DNA of 64,000 nt from assembly GCA_044892525.1 (NCBI GenBank), contig CM097885.1:6450001-6514000 (forward strand). Reading direction: 5' to 3'. This stretch comes from Schmidtea polychroa. Taxonomy: Eukaryota. The notes below the pieces were generated by a model, which made no database searches, had not been told where the DNA came from, and was given only the letters and a program-made list of their open reading frames with translations. This document shows positions 27,931 to 40,904 of this stretch, in pieces (the first letter of the stretch is position 1; each line of letters opens with the position of its first letter). Both the position numbers and the translations under genes were made by a program.

Positions 27931-28982
27931 CTTTTAATTATTATATTCAATTATTAAATTTGAATTCCGTAATATGAACAAATAGGTTTATAATTATAAA
28001 GTCACCGCAAAAACGGCGCGAACAATAAGAGCGCAAATAATAGAGGAAATATCTCCAGCTAATTCATACATCTTTTTTAAATCACGACATTCTTTTTTGG
28101 AATCTATTTATAAATACTTAATTCACGATTTAATATAAATTTTTCTGCGCCTTTATTGGTGGATACCTAAAAAGTATAATAAATCTCTTACCTACAGTAT
28201 AACTCCTAGCGATCAGAGTTTGGTTGATCAGAATCAAGAGAAATAGCTGTATTGTAGCCACATTCATGATCTATTGCAAATTACATCAATATGAAAGTGA
28301 TATAAAATATATAAAAGTAGAACATTAAATATATCAATTTTTAAAATATACCCTCATCCTATTTATACCGTTTGGAAATTACTTTTAAATATAGGAAAGC
28401 ACTTCTAGTTTAAAAATAAAATAGGATAAATATGAAAATATGTTTGTATAAATACAATATCAATTTAAAAGAAATCAGTAGTGAAAATTAAAAAAAGTTC
28501 TTATAATATGTATATACGGATCAGTGGCATTTCTAGTTGCGTTTTGTTTTATGTTTAGACACTAATTATGCCAAATAAAATCTAAAGTAATCGACATCTT
28601 TTCGTGATGAATTATAGGATTGAATTATGTCATGTTTCTGATTAAAATTACAAAATATTAGTCAAAGATTCAAATCAACATATTAATTTTCATTTAATAA
28701 ATTTTAATATTTAATATAGTATAACAGTATAAACAACAGCGCCGTAACAAGGGTGGTGCGAGCGGTGCCGTCGCACAGGGCGCAAAATTGAGAAGTAAAA
28801 TTTTTTTAATGTTACCAAAAAATAACAAAATATAAATAGAAAAAATTATCAAATGGCCTGCAAAATGACGCCCTAACTAGACTATCTTTAACATTGCTGA
28901 TTGGAGAAGTCCATTAGCGTGCCTTCCTAGGTATGTATTTTGTAAAATGTTAGTCCACAAAATGGCCTCCTGTCATTTTTTT

Positions 28983-29053
28983 CATAATTTATCCAATTTA
29001 ACCAAGTATTTTATTTATTAAATAAAATACTTGGTTAAATTGGATAAATTATG
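28983..29053. repeat. Perfect 35-bp-arm palindrome with 1-nt centre
   Basis: CATAATTTATCCAATTTAACCAAGTATTTTATTTA t TAAATAAAATACTTGGTTAAATTGGATAAATTATG. Confidence 0.95.
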
Positions 29054-29427
29054 CATCGTTCGATAAACAAAATATGATTGTAAAATTTTTAATTTACCAC
29101 ATTGAATAATTACATAATAATAATTACGGTTGGTAACAGAAATAGCGTTTCATATTGTAATATATGTATACTTCTAGGGCAAAATATGTCTTCGTGAATT
29201 ATCAAATATATTTCCATTTCATTCTGATATTATTTTCATAATGCTAATAAATAAATTGTTGTTAAGTCTGTGTTGAGAAAAAGTTGAATTCATTTTATTT
29301 AGTTTATTTTTGTTTTAATTCGATTTCCCGGGATAGCTCTGCATTATGTCTCTTTCTATCTCGAAAAAAAGTTCAAATGTTATCAATGGATATGGTGAGG
29401 AGGAATGTTAATTAACTACCGAATCAA
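29054..29427 (-). repeat. Inverted duplicate of about 25670-26091
   Basis: Reverse-complement match including GAGCTATCCCGGGAAATCG, with one internal deletion. Confidence 0.85.
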
Positions 29428-29474
29428 CATTGAAACACTCAAACAAATTTAATTACAAATTTAATTAATTATAG

Positions 29475-31675
29475 TGAAGATTGAAAACAAATTTCAAGAT
29501 TGCCTTGAGATGAACATTAAAGATAATGAGAAGGAAATCAAGGCATTTAAGGATAGAATAATAACTAAAGAAGGTGAAATTAATAATTTAGAGGCCATAA
29601 TCAATGGTAAACAAAAACTCTTTGAAAACGAGGAAAATGTAGTTAAAAATCACTTAATTAAGAAAGAAAGTATCAGGAAAGATGTAAGCATTTCATTATT
29701 ATTAAATAAAAGTCTTTTATTATATTTCTTTTTATTTTTTATTTTATTTTTAATATTACTATTTTTCTAATATTTTATTATATTTATTATTATAATTTTT
29801 TATTATTTTTAATATTACTCTTATTTTATTATTATAATTTTTCATTGTATTTATTTTATTTTTAATATTAAAATTATTTAAATAATATTAATTTTTTATT
29901 ATTTTCATTGGTTATTATTATTCTTAATATTAATATTTATTTTTCGATTATAAAAATAATCCTTACCAAGAAATTGAAATTATTGATATTATACTTTGTA
30001 TAATTATTTTGACAATTTTATTGTGTATAATATTTATAATAAATAATAACATTATTTTTTCACCATCCATACATCTTTTTCACTATATATTTCGATAGCA
30101 TCACTATCATCATCAGGTTACCTACATTCACGACGGATGAATAACTATACTATATTGATAATATATAAACAATTTATAAAATATATAAATTTTAAATTAT
30201 AAGTAAAAATTTTTAATAAAAATTCTTTTTAAAAACAATTTTCAATAATCAATTATATTTAAACTTTTAAAATTATTAAAAATATTATTTTAATTATTTT
30301 TTTTAATTATTTAACATAACTATTATTCAAAATACATCAACATACAAAAACTTAATTAAAAACATTCAACACACACGTATTCACTGCATTCTGCACATTG
30401 GTTTTAGGATTAAAAGTTCTTATCAATAATGCTTCACATATCACACGCTCAAAACAATTATCAAAATTTTTTGATAAGATTTTAAAATTCGACATTTTTA
30501 ATTCTCTCATACAGACTTTATTGTGATACTTAATATTGGACACTCCCTTCGGTCGACAATATTCTTACACTCGAGTACAGAGATGACAGACAGTCTCTGC
30601 AATGTATGTGGCATATGAATTGATAAACGAGATCCGAACACAATCCAACCGGCGTTTGAGATATACTAACAAACATACTACGTACTTTGCACGATTTTGA
30701 AATTATTCTATAATTCAATGTACCCAGCTGTTTATCAATCTTTCCTTTGAAATCTTTATATCTTTCAGAATACGGCAATACCATCGTATATTTTGGCTCA
30801 TCTTGTTTGTTAATATCAATACTAATATTCACTACATCATTCGAGATATCAGTCAATTTACATTCATTCATAATACGATCCTTAGCATTATTCATACATT
30901 TACCAGCAGTCTCTTTCAACGTTAACAATAAAAACCGTTTTGAGTAGCCATTCTTCACCAGTAATTCAACTTATTTATCTACACTTTTTACTGAATTTTT
31001 AAAAGTGGAAGATAACCACCATGATCTATAAACCAATCCTTTCACCATGTTTCTTTCACAAAAACTCTCTGGGGTAGTATAGAGGCCGGTTTTCTGTAAA
31101 TTTCTGTCTCAATATTTTTTATTGTTTTTTATTATTTTTTATCGTTTAGATCACGAAACTGGAAAATAGAAAAACAAAATTTGTAGAAGAGAAGGTACAA
31201 CTAGACCAAGACATAAAACTAATAGAAAATGAAAATGAAATGAATGAAATTTTAATTGATCGATTTAAGGTAAATTTATATACAAATTAAATTAAATAAA
31301 TGATTTTTTAATCACTAGATGGAGATCCAAAACATTCAGGAGGAATTAGAAAGAAGATTTGAAAAGAAATACATGGATGAAATCCGAAAAGACAAAATAA
31401 AATTCACAAAAGTAGTAAATGAGCTAGAGTTAGCAAATTCAAAAATTTCAGACATACAAATTGCTGTAAGTTATTTTGTTATTTTATTGTTTTTGCTTAT
31501 ATTTTATTTTTATTCAATTTTTTTTACAGCTATTAAAGTCGAAAAAAAAAGAAGAAAATATTCGATCGGAACTGACTAGAGAAATTTCTATAATGGAGGA
31601 ATTGAAATCAAACCTAATAAATGAAAATGAGCATTTAAAAAGCCAGTTAGCAACACAAACCAATCGCAGAACGAA
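29475..31675 (+). CDS. Exons of a host coiled-coil protein gene (partial; about 29475-29682, 31151-31269, 31319-31465, 31530-31675)
   Basis: Glu/Lys-rich heptad-like reading frames bounded by AG/GT sites; no family assigned; start and end not found. Confidence 0.55.
30345..31110 (-). mobile_element. 3' part of the same Penelope-like family, inverted relative to 27180-27903, inside an intron
   Basis: ORF 30530-30958 is near-identical to 27351-27812; C-terminal EALLIRTFNPKTNVQ of the GIY-YIG domain. Confidence 0.88.
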
Positions 31676-33157
31676 GTGAGTGAAATTTAGTTAAATTTAG
31701 TTAAAATTTAGTTAATAGGTTAAAAAATTAGATAAATAAGAGGTAGATAAAAAATAAAAAGATAAGAGATAGGTAGATAAATAAAATGTTTAAATAAATA
31801 TCAAAATAAATAAAATAATGAGGCTCGGTAAGTAGTATTTGCTATTCTAATTTTTTTTTGATAATTTGAATGAAAATGATTTGTAATTACGTAATGATCT
31901 TTATTTAGGGCGTTCACATCTATGAATATTAAGTATGTTCTATAATGCGGGTTTTTTTGTTTTCTCTGTTATAGCTTGCTTCTTGTTTTTGTTGTTATGG
32001 TCGATATTATTTACTATCAACATTTTAATTTACTTTTATTTATGCAGCTTTTCTGATTCATTCTTTTGATTCCATTATGATTTTCAAATTCTTAATTTTT
32101 TCAATTTTTTTAATTAGTACTATAAAGTCATTGGCCTATAATATCATAAGTTGTGTCTATTGCACTTTAGAAGATAAACTTTGAAATGGTAATGTAACTT
32201 GTTATAAAAGAGGAAGAGTTATAAGTCATTATTAACTCGGATTTCGAATAGTTTATATAAATCACTGATTTCTTTTCAATTGACATTGGAATTAGTAAAA
32301 AGCTTGACTATAAATCGATATATCGATGTTTTTTGATATATTTACCGGTCCATAGTCAAGCTTTTTAATATATATATATATCGATATTTTTGGTATTCAC
32401 GTATTTTCGGCAGTCTTTTTCATATATAGTTTAAAAGAATTAAAGAAATGACCTAAATATCTATTTGCGGTTACAAATTGATTTCCTCGAAATAAAGAAA
32501 ATAATCAAAAACATATTAGTAATGAATCTAGTGAAACACTGTTAGCTAATGTCAGTACTGATTTCCCTAACAAATGGGTGAAATTATGATGTAATGATCC
32601 CAATAATTATGGCAATTGTTATCAATGTGAAATGTCCACGGATATAGTAAACATGACATAACCCTAAATTTCTCACATTGGCTCTGAGTTCTTGATCTTG
32701 CGTTTTGAACAATAAACCCAATACTAATTGATCTGATCTTATGCACTAATTGCTAGCACCTGAATTTGACCACATCAATTAGAATGGATAATCAAATTAT
32801 TGGATATACAATTATTAATCTGATTGCCAATTTCCCCGGATATTATTCACTTGAATGTTTCACAAAATCCTATAATTGTTGCATTATTTCCCAAAATCTT
32901 ATGGTGGCTAATGGCACTTGAGTGTTTTCCAGTAATAAATTTATGACCTTCATCGATTTGGGTTGAGAGATCAATATCAGTTTGTGGGAGTACTTATTTA
33001 TCTCTACAGAATCATTGGGATTCTTTTCTGTGAGGAATATCGCTGGCAGCTAATTGAATTATGGAGGAATTAGAACCATCATTTTTGTTATATCAGAATT
33101 GGACGGCGTGAGATATATTGTCAATCTTCAGAATATTATTGTTAATATTATTGTTTA

Positions 33158-33202
<45 letters not shown>

Positions 33203-33203
33203 G

Positions 33204-33242
<39 letters not shown>

Positions 33243-33297
33243 TATTATCATTATTATTATTGTTTATTATTATTATTATTTATTATTATTATTATTA

Positions 33298-33356
<59 letters not shown>

Positions 33357-33673
33357 GTTTATTATTATTATTATTATTTATTATTATTATTATTAGTAAT
33401 ACTAATATAATAATAATAATAAGCCACTATCTACCTACTCTAAATGATAATAATTTATGAATCGATTTATTTATTAATATTGAATCAATTAGTGTATATA
33501 TTAGTGTAAATATTGATATCGTTAATATTTAATTTCAGATTGGGGAGAGGTCTCCCTTTGAAACCTGGCCAAAGACACCACCGAATATGAAGACAATTTG
33601 TCAGTAATTGATTCACTGTTGTTATCTTTGTTTCTGTCGATTTCATTGAATAATAGTATTATTATTATTGTTA

Positions 33674-33711
<38 letters not shown>

Positions 33712-33886
33712 GTTATTGTTTAATAATATAACTAATATCACCATTGTCATCGTCATTATTATTTCTGGTTGCTATATCAACAAATCATCTGATAATATAT
33801 TCTTTCTTATTGGAGCATATGGAAAGAACATCGACTTCTTCTTTATTGAATAAGGATAACCTAAATATACTTCTAAAAATATATGC

Positions 33887-34076
33887 AGTAGAGAGAAGTG
33901 TGCTCCATGACTCATCGTTTTTTGTCATTTTTTTGCACTACCCCCCCCGATGACTCAGCGCAAAACAAAGACATATGACTCATCGATGACTCACCCATAG
34001 CAACCGTGGTAACTGGATCAAGGTCACATGACTCACCCATAGCAACCGTGGTAACCATGGTAACTAGATCAAGGTC
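33887..34076 (+). repeat. Left TIR of element A
   Basis: Matches reverse complement of 40730-40904 with scattered substitutions and one ~15-bp indel. Confidence 0.92.
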
Positions 34077-34380
34077 GCATGACTCAAACGAATTTCTTCC
34101 ACTGGATAAAATTCCATATTTGAGAAATAATCAAGCCATAATCGTCAATACTCATACATCTAGTTTAGGAGGTGAACATTGGATTGCTGTATATGTGAAA
34201 CCAAACCGAGTATATGCATTCGATCCCTTTGGATATTATTACCCAAATTTATTAATTAGTAAATTGCAAACTATTGGTAAACCTATTGTATATAATCGAA
34301 CTCGGTATCAAAATCCATTTTCAATTACTTGTGGCCAACATTGCCTTGCATGGTTGTTATCAATGTATAATTTTGTTTAA
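34006..34380 (+). CDS. Adenain-like cysteine protease with TIR-derived N-terminus
   Basis: IIVNT..GEHW (His), AFDPFG (Asp), YQ..SITCGQHC (Gln, Cys). The first ~25 codons lie in the TIR; an ATG is available at 34057. Confidence 0.85.
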   Translation: MVTGSRSHDSPIATVVTMVTRSRSHDSNEFLPLDKIPYLRNNQAIIVNTHTSSLGGEHWIAVYVKPNRVYAFDPFGYYYPNLLISKLQTIGKPIVYNRTRYQNPFSITCGQHCLAWLLSMYNFV

Positions 34381-34402
34381 TAAATGTATTAAATGTCACA
34401 AG

Positions 34403-34468
<66 letters not shown>

Positions 34469-34702
34469 ATTATTAATTAATTTTATTATTCATATCAACA
34501 AATTTCATGCACTTGTATTGCATGTCTTTATGTGAGTAACAAAGACATTATTTGTTACTATGTGAGTCATCGATGACTCATTCTTTTTTAAACAAAGACA
34601 TGAATATGTGTGCGTTAATTTTTTCTATCCTATCTGCATTTTGATTGGATAAACGTTACATATATAATCTATGTTTTTGTAATTCTTTTTCATTTATTCA
34701 AA

Positions 34703-37700
34703 ATGCAAAATATTTCAAATGAAATCAAGGAAATGATTCGAAGAAATCGTATGGGTAATTTTTTTTTTTAATATGTTTTTATTTTTATTTATATTTTAGT
34801 CTACATTAATGAAAATAATGTTTCGGGAACTTATAATTTTTCAGCAAGTAATGGAATTGAAAATAATGTTTCCGGAAATTATGGTAAATTTAATTTTTAA
34901 ATTATTATTATTATTATGATTTTTTAGTAAATAATGCTGTACACAATCTCGCGTGCAAGAAACCTAAATGTAGGTTTTTTAAAATTTTAAAATTAATATG
35001 CTTTAAATTATTATGATTTTTAAATTAATTTACTTTAAATTATTATGATTTTTTAAATTAATATGAAGTCAATTTTGTTATAAAGAAAATGTATGAAGTC
35101 AATTTTGTTATGAAACAAATAATGAAATTAATTTTTATAAAGAAAATGAATATGTTTTTATTTAATTAAAATAAATTTAAATATAATACACTTATGAGCA
35201 AGGGAGGGACAGAATATTTTGTCGTATAAACTCAGATTATATAGTAATAATAAATAATAATAATTTTGATAATAATAATAATAATAATTTTGATAATAAT
35301 ACTATTTTACTTATTTTATAGGTTATAAATATCCAACCTTTTGTAACAGTGCTACACATCATGACTGTGACGATATTATGGAAAAATATTATGGTCATGA
35401 ATATAAAAGTGTAACATACTTGTTATGTCCTACATGCCAAACTCTTGAAACATCGACATATACCGAATTTTATGATAAACATCGTAATCATTTAACCCAA
35501 TATATGCCTTCTAAAAAATCAGTTTTCAAAATTGCGTATCAAAAATATATATCATCAACTAATAATAGGAACACCGAAAACTTACAAAATCGACAATTAA
35601 TGGAAACATCAACAAAAATCAATAATAGGACCACCAACAAAAGTATGATTAATGCCATGTTGATACAAAATCGACAATTAATGGAAACAGTCAATAGATT
35701 AATAGGAATAATAGGTAATAAAAGACATTTAGAAATTCCCACAGAAATTCCCACAAAAAAGATGAAAGAAATAATAGTCATTAGTGAAGACGACGATGAT
35801 GTTGTAAGTAATGAAGTTGTAAATAGTGAAGTTGTAAATAGTGAAGTTATAAATAGTGAAGTTATAAATAGTGAATTTGAAAATAGTGAATTTGAAAATA
35901 GTGAATTTGAAAATAGTGATGTTGTACCCCAAGTAGGTAGTGGTATAGTCGACGTAGTTTCCGACCTGAATAGTTCCCATGTAATAGTTAAGTTGGATAT
36001 ATCTTCCTTGAATTGTAAAATTCTTTCTGTTCCTGACGTTCTCATAGAAAAATTGTTAGAAATTGTAAATAAAATGAAATCAGTAAAAATTCAATTTTGT
36101 ATTAAAGTAGAGTTTGAGAAAAATGATGAATTTCAGTCTTTCATAATCTCAAACTCTGCTCGTGTATGGAGCGACACATTTATTGATGATGATATCTCTC
36201 TTTTAAATGAAAAAATTAGTAAAATAAATGAAAAGGGAAGTAATTGGACCATTAACAAAATAGAATACATTAGTTTTATTGTGACAAAATATTCAAAGAT
36301 TAGTAGGTTGAGTGGTCGTAAATATATTGAAACCCCGAAAACATTAATCAGGAAAAAATGTATAATAAATGTAAATAATGATGACGAATTTTGTTTCCTT
36401 TACTCGGTTTTGGCTCTTATAAAATATGATAGTACTCCTGATGAATTGCGTCATCTGCCTAGTTCTTATAACCTTTCAGATCTGATATATAACCCGGCAG
36501 ATATGCCAATGAAATTATCAAATATCTCAAAATTTGAACGACAAAACCCAGGTTATTCAATTAATGTTTTAAGTTATGACGAAACTGGGTTAATTTCGGG
36601 TCCCATCATGAAACATCCTTTTATAGATATAATTTATCGCAGTAAAATAGTAGGAGGTACTTGTCTAAATTTGTTATTATTACAGAATCGGAAAACCTAC
36701 CATTACGTCGCTATATCTGATTTAAACATCTTTCTTAATTGCCGAAATTCATCAATAAGTTCTGTTCGTATTTACTGTAAGTGGTGTCCTAGATGTCTGA
36801 ATGGATTCAGATTTGAAGATAGTTTTATTAAACATCAAGGTCTTTGTGAACGAAACCAATTAGGAACCACAATGTACACACTACCAAAAGATCCATTATT
36901 AGAATTCACAGACTATAGTAAAATGATTACTCCTCCTTTTGTTATTTATGCCGATTTTGAGGCAATCCTTCCTAAAGATTCTAAATATTATCAGAAACAT
37001 TTACCCATTTCGGCTGGACTTTTATGTATAAATAATAATACAGGCGCAAAATTTTATAAATCATTCATAGGCCTTTCTTGTATAGACGACTTTTTAAAAG
37101 AAATTAATGATATCGCTAAAAAGATTGTAACTCCCTATTATTATAAAAATAAAAATAAGAAAATGATATTCACAGAAAATGACCAAATTAATTTTAATAA
37201 CAGCACAAACTGTCATTTGTGTAAAAAATTATTAGTTAAACCAGTCAGGGATCATGATCACTTTACCGGTCAATTCCTTGGTGCTGCTTGCAACACTTGT
37301 AATCTTTCCAGGAAAATATACCACACACTACCTGTAGTCTTTCATAATTTGAGAGGATATGATCTCCATCATATCCTCAAATTTGGCTTGGCTAAATATA
37401 AGTCCTGGCATATTTCTTGTATACCGGTGACAAGTGAAAATTTTTTATCTCTTTTTGTGCATATTGATTCCCTGACTGTGAAATTTATAGATTCTTGTCA
37501 GTTTGTAAATTCGTCTTTGAAAAATGCTGTCTCAACCCTTAACACATTACCTTTGACAGAATCTGAGTTTAGAGGGTCTATTATTAAGAGTAAAGGGATT
37601 TTCCCTTATGATGTAGCAACTTCCCTTGATGTATTAATTTCTACATTAGAATTGCCCCCTAAATGGAGTGATGTATCCGATGATGAATACAATAAAGCAA

Positions 37701-39286
37701 AACTAATCTGGCAAGAGACATCATGTAATTCCCTTTTGGATTATATGATGGTCTATTTGAAATTAGATGTATTTCTGTTGGCTGACTTTTTTCAGCAATT
37801 CCGAGCTAAGAGTATTGCTCATAATAGGCTTGAGCCTTTGAATTTCCTAGGTATCCCCAGTCTTTCTTGGAGTTCTGCTTTGTTAAGTCTTGATAAACCG
37901 ATTGAGCTTCTCACCGACATGGAAATGTATAATTTCTTTGAAGGTGGGATTAGAGGTGGGATAACGTTTGTGAATAAACATTTTGTTAGTAGTGATGAAA
38001 ATACAGAGTTGTTGTATATTGACATCAACAACCTGTATGGATGGGCTTTATCACAAAAGCTTCCCGACGGTGGTTTTGAATGGGTGACTGATGACATTGC
38101 TTTAGAGAGATTATTAATTGAGTGCACAACGGAAGATTTAAATCAACTTGATTATGGCTATACTATAGAAGTAGATTTAAAAATACCGAAATCTATCCAT
38201 GACAAACTAGATGATTTTCCGGTAGCTCCTGGTAAGATGTGCCCACCTTTTTCTAAAGTGGAGAAGTTGCTACTTACACACGATCCGAAAACACACTATG
38301 TTTTACATTGGCGACTTCTCCAAATCTTTCTTCAGTTAGGTGTTGTTGTTACCAAGGTACATAGGGCTATTAGGTATACACAAAGCACTGTCTTCAAGAA
38401 ATACATAGATACCAACACACAACTACGAGCCGCATCCATAACACCGCTCGATAAAGACTATTACAAGTTGCTCAATAACAGTTTGTATGGAAAAACTGTT
38501 GAGAACTTGAAAAAACGTATTAACTTACGACTGTGCAATTCCGCACAAAAACTTATCACATATGCCTCAAAACCGGCATTTAAGAAATCTACTAGGATAG
38601 ACGATGATTTGATTTCGGTTTTGCTTATGAAAGAGTCTGTATGTTTAGATAGGCCCAGCTACATCGGGCAAACTGTACTTGATCTTTCTAAACTGAGAAT
38701 GTATCAGTTGCAGTATAATGAATTGCAAAAATATCGCGATGAGTTTAACTGTGAAATTAATATAGTAGCTAGTGATACAGACTCTTTCTTTTTGGAAATT
38801 AAAAATTGTAGTCTTGACATTCTCTTACCTGCCATGATTCGTGACTCCTTGCTTGACACATCTAATTATAACCCACAACATCCTTTATATAGTAGAGCAC
38901 TAGATTCCGTCATTGGAAAATTCAAAGACGAGAATAAAGGATTGAGATATAAGGAGTGGGTGTTTCTTCGTCCCAAGTGTTACAGCTTATTAGGTGATAA
39001 AGAAACTCTTAAAGCAAAATCTGTCACGTTGAAAGATACTGGCTTAGATCACAATTCCTATCGTGATTGTTATTTTAACAATAAGGTTTACACTGTGCCA
39101 CAATTCCGCATTGCATCCAAAAATCATCAATTGTACAGCATAAAAAACATTAAGAAGGCGCTGACAAATAGAGATGACAAGCGGTATTGGAAATCGAAAA
39201 ACAAGAGTTTGGCATATGGGCATTATCGGATAGGGGACACTTTTATATATGATGATGACGACAATTTTGACGGAGAAGATTACTGA
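34703..39286 (+). CDS. polB: Protein-primed family B DNA polymerase; predicted exons 34703-34754, 34800-34883, 34928-34969, 35322-39286 (1380 aa)
   Basis: Uninterrupted 1302-aa ORF with YADFE, FHNLRGYD, YLKLDV, YIDINNLYG, KLLNNSLYGK, SDTDS and an RDHDH..GAACNTCN endonuclease-VII-like insert. Three upstream GT-AG introns join in frame (splicing inferred). Confidence 0.9.
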
Positions 39287-39459
39287 TCATTTCGGTAATA
39301 ATAATAATTATTATTATAATTATTATTTTTTATTATTAATAGTTGTCAATGAAGCCAAGATTGTAAGAAACAATCAATGCAACAGACATTTGTAAAAATG
39401 ACAATGTAAAATTGTAAATTTGTAATTTAAATATATTTTGTTGATTACTATTTTTCTAA

Positions 39460-39646
<187 letters not shown>

Positions 39647-40000
39647 TTACATAAAGACATTTCATGCACTTGTATTGCATGTCTTTATGTGAGTAGAAAT
39701 TACTCAGTTAGTAACAATGACTCATCGATGAGTCATATTCAGAGAACAAAGCATCGATAATATCCAATTCTGATTGGTTAGATGTTATCGATACTTTGTA
39801 CATCTTTTTCAAATGAGGTAATTATTATTTTTTTATGATTTAAATTTTTTTATAATGAAATTTTTTTATGATTAATTTTTATTTTTTTTTTTATGAAACC
39901 AGTTTTTATGAAAACAAATTATATGATTTATGAAATAAATTTTATGAAAACAAACTTTTTTATGAAGAAATGGGTATGTTTTTATTATTATTATTATTAA

Positions 40001-40075
<75 letters not shown>

Positions 40076-40319
40076 TGTTATTATTATTATTATTCTGTAG
40101 CGACATACAATAAATTTTGGTTTACCAAAAAAGAAGTCTTCTAAAAATTAGAGTCGTGTGATGAGTCTTTCTTTTAAAAATAAATGATTGGTCTTTGTTC
40201 AAAAAAGTCATCGATGAGTCATACAAGGGGGGGGGGTATGCAAAAAAAAGAAACCCCCTATCTAAACTATGAGTCATCGATGAGTCTTTGTCTATATGTC
40301 TTTGTTTAAATGTACTTAA

Positions 40320-40745
40320 ATATTTGATTAAATGTCTTTGTTTAAATATTTGTTTAAATGTATTTATTTAAATATTTGTTTAAATGTATTTATTTAAATT
40401 TTTGTTTAAATGTATTTATTTAAATATTTGTTTAAATGTATTTATTTAAATATTTGTTTAAATGTATTTATTTAAATATTAAATATGTCTTTGTTTAAAA
40501 AATGATGAGTCATACATACTTTAATAATGAGTCAGTTGGCTTTGTTCCAAAAATGATGAGTCATATGACCTTGTTACTAAAAATAGAATGACCTTGACCT
40601 AGTTACTAAAAATAGAATGACCTTGACCTAGTTGCTAAAAATAGAATGACCTTGATGAGTCATCGATGACGTAACGTGACATTGTTACTAAAAATAGAAT
40701 GACCTTGACCTAGTTACTAAAAATAGAATGACCTTGACCTAGTTA
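40320..40745. repeat. Subterminal tandem repeats of element A (26-bp TGTTTAAATGTATTTATTTAAATATT units, then 29-bp AGTTACTAAAAATAGAATGACCTTGACCT units)
   Basis: Directly visible; five copies of CTAAAAATAG. Confidence 0.9.
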
Positions 40746-40904
40746 CCGTGGTTACCACGGTTGCTATGGATGAGTCATATAACCTTGACCCAGTTACCGC
40801 TGTTGCTATGGATGAGTCATCGATGAGTCATATGTCTTTGTTTTGCGCTGAGTCATGGGGGGGGTTCAAAAAACGATGAGTCATGGAGCACACTTCTCTC
40901 TACT
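40730..40904 (-). repeat. Right TIR of element A
   Basis: Ends ...GGAGCACACTTCTCTCTACT. Confidence 0.92.

Noticed and set aside
35539..38127. Antisense ORFs within polB (35539-36045, 35729-35980, 37819-38127) and similar shadows in other genes
   Set aside because: Opposite-strand shadows of real coding frames or tandem repeats, with no independent motifs.
40570..40745. CRISPR-like array
   Set aside because: Head-to-tail 29-bp repeats without unique spacers, no cas genes, eukaryotic context.
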